NCBI GenBank assembly: GCA_963541565.1
Contig: CAUTUJ010000001.1
Coordinates: 1 to 55,866, forward strand
Reading direction: 5' to 3'
DNA length: 55,866 nucleotides
Source: an uncultured Acholeplasmataceae bacterium
Lineage (GTDB): Bacteria > Bacillota_I > Bacilli_A > Acholeplasmatales > Acholeplasmataceae
This document shows positions 28,700 to 38,442 of the stretch, piece by piece. Position 1 is the stretch's first letter; every line of letters begins with the position of its first letter. The notes under the pieces are model-generated. The model was not told the DNA's origin and did no database searches. It saw only the letters and a list, made by a program, of their open reading frames with translations. The translations under genes and the position numbers were made by a program.

Positions 28700-30064
28700 C
28701 TAGTAGTTTAGGTTTTTAGATGTTCTTGGGAAAGGCACAACATCGCGAATATTTTCAATACCAGTTATAAACATCACAAGTCGTTCAAATCCAAGTCCAA
28801 AGCCAGCAGACTGAGTACCACCGTGTCTTCTTAAATCTAGATACCATTTAAGTGGTTCTATGTCCATTTTTAGTTCTTGCATGCGAGAAAGTAATTTGTT
28901 GTAGTCATCTTCTCGTTGAGATCCGCCAATTAGCTCCCCAGATTTTGAAACAAGCAAATCGCAGGCTGCCACGGTTTTTCCATCATTATTTTGTTTCATG
29001 TAAAAGGCTTTGATTTCTTTTGGCCAATTGTAGATAAATACAGGCGACTTAAAGTGAACATCTGTTAGGTATTTTTCGTGTTCAGTAAATATATCTTGAC
29101 CATGTTTTGGTTCATTTTCAAACTTAACTTTGGCTTTCTTTAAAATATCTATCGCCTCGGCGTGTGTAACTCTTGCAAAAGGTTTTACTTTAACTTCAGT
29201 CAGTCTGTCAATTAACCCAGGCTCTACAAACTTATTGAAAAGTTCTAGTTCTGGCTTTAATTTTAAAAAACTTTCGTTTACTAAAAACTTAACCATTTCC
29301 TCGGCTAAAGCCATGTCTTTTTCAAGGTCAAAGAAAGCAATTTCGGGCTCTACCATCCAAAACTCCGCTGCGTGTTTAGGAGTGTTTGACTTTTCTGCTC
29401 TAAAAGTTGGTCCAAATGTATAGACTCTTTGGAAAGCCTGAGCATAAGCCTCGGCGTGTAGTTGCCCAGTTACAGTTAAGTTAGCCTTCTTTTCAAAAAA
29501 ATCTTTTTTATAGTCAGTTTGACCAGGTTTTAGTGTAGAGACTACAAACATCTCACCAGCACCTTCTCCGTCATTTGAAGTTATGATTGGTGAGTTTAGA
29601 TAAATAAAGCCTTTATTTTGAAAGAAAGTGTGAATAGCATGCGCTAGCACCGAGCGAGTTCTAAAAACTGCGTTAAATAAGTTAGTGCGGGCTCTTAACT
29701 CAAGGTGTTCTCGCAAAAATTCGCGGGTATGTCTTTTGGGTTGAATTGGGTAGTCTGGACCTGTGTTTTTAATAATTTTGACTTCAGTCGCCTTTATTTC
29801 AAAACTTTGTGCGCGGTCTGGAGTTAAGACAACCAAGCCAGTGACTGAAACTGAAGCCCCTGAGTTTAACTTAGCGACATCTGAAAAATTATTCAAACTA
29901 GCCTCGTAAATCACTTGAATGTTTTCAAGTCTAAGTCCATCGTTTAAAGCAATAAACCCAAACTCTTTTTGGTCGCGATTAGTTTTAATCCAGCCATTTA
30001 AAGTAACTTGCTTGCCAGCATAATCTTTGAAGTTAGCGGCTAAAATTTGTGAATCTATTAACAT
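28700..30064 (-). CDS. asnS: Asparagine--tRNA ligase
   Basis: 454-aa class IIb pattern (FRAEKSNTPKHAAEFWMVEPE, GGSQRE, GFGLGFERL). Confidence 0.9.
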   Translation of the reverse strand: MLIDSQILAANFKDYAGKQVTLNGWIKTNRDQKEFGFIALNDGLRLENIQVIYEASLNNFSDVAKLNSGASVSVTGLVVLTPDRAQSFEIKATEVKIIKNTGPDYPIQPKRHTREFLREHLELRARTNLFNAVFRTRSVLAHAIHTFFQNKGFIYLNSPIITSNDGEGAGEMFVVSTLKPGQTDYKKDFFEKKANLTVTGQLHAEAYAQAFQRVYTFGPTFRAEKSNTPKHAAEFWMVEPEIAFFDLEKDMALAEEMVKFLVNESFLKLKPELELFNKFVEPGLIDRLTEVKVKPFARVTHAEAIDILKKAKVKFENEPKHGQDIFTEHEKYLTDVHFKSPVFIYNWPKEIKAFYMKQNNDGKTVAACDLLVSKSGELIGGSQREDDYNKLLSRMQELKMDIEPLKWYLDLRRHGGTQSAGFGLGFERLVMFITGIENIRDVVPFPRTSKNLNY

Positions 30065-30129
30065 CGGCGCTCCTTTTTCTATTTATAGTATCAATATAGT
30101 TCTTAAAGTATATAAAAATTACTTAAAAA

Positions 30130-30756
30130 CTAATCTTCTTGTTCTGGGCTAGGTTTTTTGTTTTCAACAAAAGAGATTGTCAAAACTCGGTCTTTGCCTT
30201 CACCGTGTGAATGAGTTTGAATTTTTTTCCAGTCGCTTAGTTTTTCGTGAATTATGTGTCGCTCATATGAGTTTAAGTTTTTAAGTTCTACAGACGTCTT
30301 GCTTGCCAAGACTTTTTTGGCTTCTTTGGTAGCTAAAATCTCTAAAATGGTTTTGCGTTTGGCAAGGTAGCCAGAAATGTCTAAAACAACTTCAGTTTGC
30401 TCTTCGCAAAACTGTTTAGTTGCAATTTTTGTCAAAACAGCCAATGAGTGCAAAGTATTGCCACGGTTCCCAATTAAAAAAGCGTTTTCAGAAGTCTCTA
30501 AATTAAAGACAATTAGTTTGCCTTGCTCAAGAGTTCTAAACTCAATTTTAAGGTCAATGCCAAGAGTTTTAAAGATATTTTCCAAGTACTCTTTGGCAAT
30601 TAAAGCGGGCGATTGTTTGACAAAAACGTTAAAAGTGCCGGGAGTAGTTGGAATTGCTTTGAGTTGAGTTGGGCTACACAAAAGTTCTTTGGCAGCAATT
30701 TGAATTGCGACCTCTGCAGATTCTGCCTGAATGTTATCAAGTTCTTTAATATTCAT
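30130..30756 (-). CDS. khpB: Jag/KhpB RNA-binding protein (KH + R3H)
   Basis: R3H motif LNSYERHIIHEKL, in the conserved position downstream of yidC. Confidence 0.85.
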   Translation of the reverse strand: MNIKELDNIQAESAEVAIQIAAKELLCSPTQLKAIPTTPGTFNVFVKQSPALIAKEYLENIFKTLGIDLKIEFRTLEQGKLIVFNLETSENAFLIGNRGNTLHSLAVLTKIATKQFCEEQTEVVLDISGYLAKRKTILEILATKEAKKVLASKTSVELKNLNSYERHIIHEKLSDWKKIQTHSHGEGKDRVLTISFVENKKPSPEQED

Positions 30757-30758
30757 AA

Positions 30759-32381
30759 TTATAATAACTCCTCTGTTTGGGGTTTGTTTTCTTTTTTAAT
30801 TGAAACAATTTTATAAAAAGCAGTTTGACCGATTGAAAATAAGTTACCTACTATCCAGTAAAATGCTAGTCCTCGGTCGTTAATTGACCACCAAGTCATC
30901 ACACCAGCCATGATAATTCCAAAAATCAGCATCATGCGTTGGTTGCGTTTAGGGTCTTTTTTTGGATCAATTACCACAGTTCTAGCGTCCTTTTCGCGCA
31001 TTTTTGCGGTTTTGTATGAACTAATTAACTGAATTAAAACCATGGTGCAAAATACGATAAATGCAAGCAGATAGTTAGTTAAGTCTTTACCAGCTCCTAA
31101 GTTTAGACCCATGAAAGACTTGTCCCAAACTTGGTATGCGTAGTATCCGCCTTCCACAGAAACTCGGTTAATAGTGTTATAAACTCCAATAAAAATCGGC
31201 ATCTGCAAGAAAGGAATTAAGAAAGACGAAAAGCCTACTTTGTGTTTACGATAAATTCGCATCGTCTCCATTTGTTTTTGTTGAATAGAGGCTTTATCTG
31301 TTCTGCCTTGATATTTACGTTCAAGTTTATTTAAGTCTGGAGTCATTTTCTGCATTCTGGCAGACATAACGTTGGTGCGGGCGTAGATTGGCCAAGCTAA
31401 AATACGAACGATTATTGTTGTAAAAATAATACCAATTGCGAACTTACCTGCAACAGAGGTATTGCCAAGTAGCCATCCCATCCAGGCTGTAGTTAAGTAG
31501 TCAAACCAACCAAAAGTTTGTTTGTGTAAAGGATACTGGCCTCCACCTACAAAAACGTCGGTTGTTAGTTTAAAGTCGGGGTATTTTGCTGTAAACTCAG
31601 AGTTTTCACTTAGCGCTGAGTTAAAGTTAATTTGGTAGTTGTAAGTAATTACTTCTTTGTCTTTGTTTTTAACTAAATATCTAGCCTGTTCAAAATTGCT
31701 GTCTATAACTTTTTTAGCAATTAAGTCTTGAGTTTGGATTTTTTTATTGTGTCCTTCTTCAAGTGCTAATAGATTTTTTGCATACAGTGTTTTTTCAATA
31801 ACTTCGGGTTCTGGTGCTTTATCTAAATTAAAACGATAAATATTGCTGAACTTAACTAAGTCAGAAAAATTTACGCGTTCGCCAATTCGTCTAAAGAACG
31901 GAAAGGGTGTCAAAACTGGGTTTTTAGTGTTACCAATATTTAACTCATAAGTTTGAAAATACATGCTCGTTTTGCTTGCTTTAAAAAGTGCTTTGTCGTA
32001 AACCACTTTAAAAGTGCGGCTGATGTTTTTGTCTTGCACATCTGTTAAAGTAACGTCTATTAGTCCGTTTTCATCAACTTTGTCGCCAAGAGTTAATCTA
32101 TAGCCGTCTTTGAAGTTACCACGATCAAGTTGTTGAACAGATCCGTCTTCAAGCAAACGATATACAGAAAGAGAAGGTAAATTTTCAGTAAGTGGAGCAA
32201 GTGCTCTAAAGTCATTGCCTTGCAAGGAAATTTCTTTGCCTGAGTTTAGTTGCACGCGCTCTGAGTAAGTACCAAATTGATGGTATAAACCAATGATTTT
32301 TTGTTTTTTATTACAAGATACTAAAGTAAAAACTAAAACTGCAGAAATAAAAAACAAAAGCAGGGTTTTGATTTTATTCAT
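30759..32381 (-). CDS. yidC: YidC/Oxa1 membrane protein insertase with a ~270-aa N-terminal lipoprotein domain
   Basis: Lipobox LVFTLVSC. The C-terminal 60-kDa-IMP core starts around aa 290 (WFDYLTTAWMGWLL...). It lies downstream of rnpA. Confidence 0.9.
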   Translation of the reverse strand: MNKIKTLLLFFISAVLVFTLVSCNKKQKIIGLYHQFGTYSERVQLNSGKEISLQGNDFRALAPLTENLPSLSVYRLLEDGSVQQLDRGNFKDGYRLTLGDKVDENGLIDVTLTDVQDKNISRTFKVVYDKALFKASKTSMYFQTYELNIGNTKNPVLTPFPFFRRIGERVNFSDLVKFSNIYRFNLDKAPEPEVIEKTLYAKNLLALEEGHNKKIQTQDLIAKKVIDSNFEQARYLVKNKDKEVITYNYQINFNSALSENSEFTAKYPDFKLTTDVFVGGGQYPLHKQTFGWFDYLTTAWMGWLLGNTSVAGKFAIGIIFTTIIVRILAWPIYARTNVMSARMQKMTPDLNKLERKYQGRTDKASIQQKQMETMRIYRKHKVGFSSFLIPFLQMPIFIGVYNTINRVSVEGGYYAYQVWDKSFMGLNLGAGKDLTNYLLAFIVFCTMVLIQLISSYKTAKMREKDARTVVIDPKKDPKRNQRMMLIFGIIMAGVMTWWSINDRGLAFYWIVGNLFSIGQTAFYKIVSIKKENKPQTEELL

Positions 32382-32716
32382 TGTTCCTCCACTTTATAGA
32401 TTTTATTTAAAGAACTTGTCAGCTCTTTTTGAATTTCTATGAAAGTTAGTGTTGCTGCTACAGGTTTAACTACAACTATTGTTAAAAAACTTAATTTGCA
32501 TTGTTTATAGTTTCTCAAAATATTTCTGATTTGTCTTTTAATTTTGTTGCGTTGAACAGCGTTGCCAAATTTTTTACCGATAGAAATGCCAAACCTGGAG
32601 TGGGGCTCTGGTGTTAATTTAAACACAACCTTGAAATGTGGGGTGCCAAATTTCTTGCCGGTTTTAAATATTTGGTCAAACTCTGTATATTTTTTGACTC
32701 TGTATTTTTTTTCCAT
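32378..32716 (-). CDS. rnpA: RNase P protein component
   Basis: 112 aa, basic, with the GNAVQRNKIKRQIR motif. It follows rpmH. Confidence 0.9.
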   Translation of the reverse strand: MEKKYRVKKYTEFDQIFKTGKKFGTPHFKVVFKLTPEPHSRFGISIGKKFGNAVQRNKIKRQIRNILRNYKQCKLSFLTIVVVKPVAATLTFIEIQKELTSSLNKIYKVEEQ

Positions 32717-32723
32717 AATGTGT

Positions 32724-32775
32724 ATAAAAAAACCACCTTAAAATATTTAATTTAAAAATATTTATCTGGTGGTTA
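32724..32775 (-). terminator. Hairpin (possible attenuator or terminator) between rpmH and rnpA
   Basis: AACCACC / GGTGGTT stem with an AT-rich, self-complementary interior, followed by a T-run on the minus strand. Confidence 0.45.
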
Positions 32776-32795
32776 GGTTCAAATATTTATTTAAA

Positions 32796-32951
32796 TTATT
32801 TTTGGTGTTTAGTGTCACTAACTGTTAAAACTAAACGTCCTTTTGCACGTCTTCTTTGTAGAACTCTGCGGCCATTTGCAGTGCTCATTCTTTCCATGAA
32901 ACCATGGGTGCGTGCTCTTTTAATTTTACTTGGTTGATATGTTCTTTTCAT
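32796..32951 (-). CDS. rpmH: 50S ribosomal protein L34
   Basis: [39 protein letters not shown]... starts at ATG 32951 after an AAAGGA SD. The track ORF extends spuriously to 33098. Confidence 0.95.
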   Translation of the reverse strand: MKRTYQPSKIKRARTHGFMERMSTANGRRVLQRRRAKGRLVLTVSDTKHQK

Positions 32952-33069
32952 ATTAGTCCTTTCAAACAATGCTCTTAAAAGTTTAACACACCGCAACTTT
33001 TTTTGCAATTTTTTAATGCACAAATAGAGTTTTTTGGTGTGTTTTCGTCGTCTTTGCTTAAATAATTTT

Positions 33070-33249
33070 TTATCCACAAAAAACGATTTTAACCACAATG
33101 TGGATAACTTTGGTGTGGAAAGCTGAATGTGGAGATGTGGATAAGTTCGTGAAATTCGGCTATTTAAAGGGTTATTTTGTCTTAGTTGTCCACATTTTTA
33201 TCCACATTTCTGTGTACTCAAACAAGTTATCCACAGAAATTGTGGATAA
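33070..33249. other. oriC part 1: DnaA-box cluster upstream of dnaA
   Basis: Perfect TTATCCACA/TGTGGATAA boxes lie at 33070, 33099, 33136, 33198, 33227 and 33241, with a 1-mismatch TTGTCCACA at 33186. The last two boxes form a convergent pair 5 nt apart. Confidence 0.9.
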
Positions 33250-33306
33250 CCTGAATTGTTTTTGTTTACCTTGTGTTGCTAAAATATTTACACAAAAGGA
33301 GAACTT

Positions 33307-34698
33307 ATGGATAGCGACGTAAAAAAACTGTGGGAAGACATTATCAATCAACTTAAAAACGAAATCGAAGAAGAGAGTTTTGACTCGCTTTTTGGTACTA
33401 AAACAAGTATTTATCGGGTGGATAACAACATTGTCTATATTTTGGTAGACAACGATTTTGTCAAAACTAGACTTTCTGTATACCACAGTGAAAAGATTAA
33501 CGAAATTGCCGCTACTTTGTTTCAAGAGACTCCTTTGTCATTTAAATTTATTACAGAAACTGACCTTGAATATGAAAAAGAAAAAGAAAACCCTGCTGCT
33601 TTTGAAACCGACGGTTATCTAGATAGCAAATTAAACCCAAAATACACATTTTCTAACTTTGTAGTCGGTGTTTCTAACTCATTCGCCTATCGCTGTGCGA
33701 TTTCAGTTGCAGAACAGCCTGCTTCGACTGGAAATCCTTTTTACATTTCTGGTGCGGTTGGGGTTGGAAAAACCCACCTTATGCACGCAATTGGCAATGA
33801 AATGATTAAAAACAACCCAAATTTAAAGGTTTTATACATTCCAGCAAGCACTTTTGTTGAAGAGTTCACTAGTGTTTTTTATGGAACTGATAAAACTAAC
33901 CGAATGCAGCAGTTCAACAAGAAATTCAAGTCCTTAGACTGTTTGCTGATTGACGATATTCAAATGATTAGTGGTGCTGAGAAAACTCAAAATGAGTTTT
34001 TTAAACTATACGAACACCTTCATAACTCAAATAAACAAATAGTTTTGGCCTCTGACCGCAAAACTAGTGAACTACAAAACATTCACTCTCGTCTAGTTTC
34101 TCGCTTTGCGTGGGGCTTAACTGCCAGCATTGAAGTTCCAAACGACGAACACCGTGTGTCTATTTTAAAAAGAAAAGCCAACGAAATGTTTGTACCAGAA
34201 ATCGCAAGCCAAATTAGCGAAGACATTTTGATGTATATCGCAAAAGTTATTAAAACTAATGTCCGCGACTTAGAGGGTGCTTTGTATTCATCTATCATGA
34301 ACTGCACGATGTCCAATATCCCTATTAACCTAGAAAATGTCAAAGAAGCCATTCGTGTGTTGATCAACGCACAAACTGAGACTTTTGTACCAAAGGCTTC
34401 AGTTGAAAAAGAAGTTAACAACATAATTTCAGTGGTTGCTAAATACTATGAACTGCAGCCTTTTGACATTCTTTCGTTAAAGAAAAGTTACAAAGTTGTC
34501 ACTGCCAGACACATTTGTATGTACTTAATTCGTCAACACTATAACTTAGTTTTTACAAAAATAGCAAAACTTTTTAACCGCAAAGACCACACTACCGTAA
34601 TTTCTGCTGTTGAAAAAATTCAAAAAGAAATTAGTGAACAAGTTGAGTTAAAAAAGGCCATTGAAGATATTGAAAAGAAACTCGGAATTTTGAAATAA
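33307..34698 (+). CDS. dnaA: Chromosomal replication initiator protein DnaA
   Basis: 463 aa with Walker A GAVGVGKTHL and a C-terminal DnaA-box-binding domain (RKDHTTVISAVEKI). GGAG SD upstream. Confidence 0.98.
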   Translation: MDSDVKKLWEDIINQLKNEIEEESFDSLFGTKTSIYRVDNNIVYILVDNDFVKTRLSVYHSEKINEIAATLFQETPLSFKFITETDLEYEKEKENPAAFETDGYLDSKLNPKYTFSNFVVGVSNSFAYRCAISVAEQPASTGNPFYISGAVGVGKTHLMHAIGNEMIKNNPNLKVLYIPASTFVEEFTSVFYGTDKTNRMQQFNKKFKSLDCLLIDDIQMISGAEKTQNEFFKLYEHLHNSNKQIVLASDRKTSELQNIHSRLVSRFAWGLTASIEVPNDEHRVSILKRKANEMFVPEIASQISEDILMYIAKVIKTNVRDLEGALYSSIMNCTMSNIPINLENVKEAIRVLINAQTETFVPKASVEKEVNNIISVVAKYYELQPFDILSLKKSYKVVTARHICMYLIRQHYNLVFTKIAKLFNRKDHTTVISAVEKIQKEISEQVELKKAIEDIEKKLGILK

Positions 34699-34706
34699 AT
34701 TTGATT

Positions 34707-34735
34707 AAAAAAGACGGACTGACCGTCTTTTTTAT
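34707..34735 (+). terminator. Terminator after dnaA
   Basis: AAGACGG / CCGTCTT stem followed by a T-run. Confidence 0.75.
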
Positions 34736-34757
34736 TGGATTTCTTAGTTAACTATAA

Positions 34758-34946
34758 TGTGGATAACTAATAAAAATGTGGACAGAATGTGGATAGTAAA
34801 ACCGACTATTTTTGACCAAAATTTGCGTTTTTTTAGCCCTTATAATATAATATTATAGGCGATTGAGAAAGCGGTTTTTGAAGTTATCCACATTTCCACT
34901 TGCCCTAACAATAATAAATAAATAATAAAAGAAAAAAGGAATTTTT
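34758..34946. other. oriC part 2: DnaA boxes plus a candidate unwinding region between dnaA and dnaN
   Basis: Boxes are TGTGGATAA at 34758, TGTGGACAG at 34777, TGTGGATAG at 34788 and TTATCCACA at 34884. After the last box come a degenerate box (ATTTCCACT), GCCC, TAA-CAA-TAA-TAA (34906..34917) and A/T-only sequence. Confidence 0.75.
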
Positions 34947-36104
34947 ATGAACTTTAAGATTAAAACAGAAACTTTAATTGAATACATCAATTTAGTTGCT
35001 AAAGCTTTGCCGAATAAAAGCCCAAGACCTCTTAGTGAAAGTATTAAATTCTCGGTTAAAAAAGACTCAATTAAAATATTTGCTAACCACAAAAACTTAG
35101 AGATTATGGCGATAGTTGATAGCAACATTGAAGTGCTTGCGGAAGGCAACGCAATATTGGATGGTAAAACAATTTTAAATATTATTAAGTCACCAGGCAT
35201 TGCTTTACACGAAGAAGTTCAGTTCATGCAAATTTCTGAATATCAAGTTTTGATAATTGCTGGAACTTCTGAGTTTAGGCTGAATGCTTTAAACTACGAC
35301 CTTGAACATTTGATTTTTGAAGAAGATGAAAAACCTATCGTGATTTCAAGTGAAGATTTAGCGATTTCTTTAAAAGAAGTAGTTTACTGCACAGCAGATC
35401 CTGACGCTAAACCAAGAATAGTTTGTCTAACTGGTGTGAACTTTGCTTTTAGTGAACGCAGATTAACACTAACTGGTAGTGACAACGCCAGACTTGCTCA
35501 AAAACGTCTAGAAGTTAACTCAAAGAAAAATCTGAATTTAACAATTCCTGCTGAATCTATTAAAGAATTGCTTAAAATCCTTGAACAGACAAAAGGCGAC
35601 GTTGAAATTTCGGTTAATCCACTTTGTTCAAAAGTACTGTTCGTAATTAAAAATGTTTTTTTCCAAACCGCCGTGCTTTCAGATAAATACGGCAACCTTA
35701 ACAGCGCAACTCAATTTGAAACTAAACTCGCAATTCCTCTAAAAACTGTTGAGTTTAGCAACGCACTTAAAACAATTTCGGCAGTTACTGACAAATCAAA
35801 GTCAACTTATTTAATCAACTTCACCTTAAAACCAAACAAAACTTGTGAAGTTGCAACTTCGGAAAATGGCAAAGGTTCATCTCGTGCTATTTTAATTCCA
35901 GCAGGCGAAATTTATAATCAACTTGCAGAAACCTTCTTAATGATTTTTTCGCTTAAACACCTACAAGAGGCAATTTCGGTCTATGAAAGTCTGGGTATTG
36001 AAGAACTTGCACTTGAGTTTTATTCAAACGACCGTGCTGTTCGAATCACTTCGCTTGAAGAACCTGAATTAGTTACTTTAATTACGCCACTTAATAATTT
36101 TTAA
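34947..36104 (+). CDS. dnaN: DNA polymerase III beta sliding clamp
   Basis: 385 aa, positioned directly after dnaA, with a three-domain clamp-like length and pattern. Confidence 0.93.
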   Translation: MNFKIKTETLIEYINLVAKALPNKSPRPLSESIKFSVKKDSIKIFANHKNLEIMAIVDSNIEVLAEGNAILDGKTILNIIKSPGIALHEEVQFMQISEYQVLIIAGTSEFRLNALNYDLEHLIFEEDEKPIVISSEDLAISLKEVVYCTADPDAKPRIVCLTGVNFAFSERRLTLTGSDNARLAQKRLEVNSKKNLNLTIPAESIKELLKILEQTKGDVEISVNPLCSKVLFVIKNVFFQTAVLSDKYGNLNSATQFETKLAIPLKTVEFSNALKTISAVTDKSKSTYLINFTLKPNKTCEVATSENGKGSSRAILIPAGEIYNQLAETFLMIFSLKHLQEAISVYESLGIEELALEFYSNDRAVRITSLEEPELVTLITPLNNF

Positions 36105-36122
36105 AAAAAGGAAGTATACACC

Positions 36123-36380
36123 ATGAAACAAATTAAAATTGAAAACATTGAAATCATTAGACGCACCCCAAAGGCTGTGTTAGTTGGATTCCCTCATGAA
36201 TCTGAATACAGCAAATATGCAGTCTGGTTTCCAAAATCTAAAGTCAACATAAAAGGCAAAACCGCTTTAATTACTTTAGTTGGAGATGAATATCAATTAG
36301 TTTTTAAAGAAACCCCACTACTTGACCGAAAGGCTATCGCAAAAGGTTTCTTGACCGAAATTATTGAAGAAGAAAACTAA
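36123..36380 (+). CDS. Hypothetical 85-aa protein between dnaN and gyrB
   Basis: Strong AAGGAA SD and its own terminator. No family was recognised; it is not S4/YaaA-like and not RecF. Confidence 0.6.
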   Translation: MKQIKIENIEIIRRTPKAVLVGFPHESEYSKYAVWFPKSKVNIKGKTALITLVGDEYQLVFKETPLLDRKAIAKGFLTEIIEEEN

Positions 36381-36419
36381 AAAATTACTTATTTTTTGCG
36401 TTTTATATAGAGTTTAGTT

Positions 36420-36460
36420 AAATAAAGGTGCATTTTCTTGGCGCCTTTATTTAATTTTTA
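36420..36460 (+). terminator. Terminator after the 85-aa ORF
   Basis: AAATAAAGGTGC / GCGCCTTTATTT stem (one G-U pair) followed by a T-rich tail. Confidence 0.65.
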
Positions 36461-36520
36461 AAAACCTTTAACAAAACGACAACAAAGATATGCAATTTAT
36501 TTAAAACACAAGGAGACTAA

Positions 36521-38431
<1,911 letters not shown>

Positions 38432-38442
38432 AGGAGCACACC

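Noticed and set aside
33098-33525. ORFs at 33098..33322 (+) and 33172..33525 (-) in the rpmH-dnaA spacer, and the long N-terminal extension of the rpmH ORF (32952..33098).
   Set aside because: They lie in the DnaA-box cluster, lack SD sequences, have odd compositions and overlap dnaA. They are best explained as chance ORFs in AT-rich origin DNA.
34853-35200. 115-aa minus-strand ORF spanning the dnaA-dnaN spacer and the dnaN 5' end.
   Set aside because: It is antisense to dnaN, runs through the origin unwinding region, and has no SD or recognisable family.
36039-36047. GTTCGAATC, the T-loop-like motif typical of tRNA genes.
   Set aside because: It lies inside the dnaN coding frame and has no acceptor or anticodon stem context. 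No tRNA-like cloverleaf was found in any intergenic gap.
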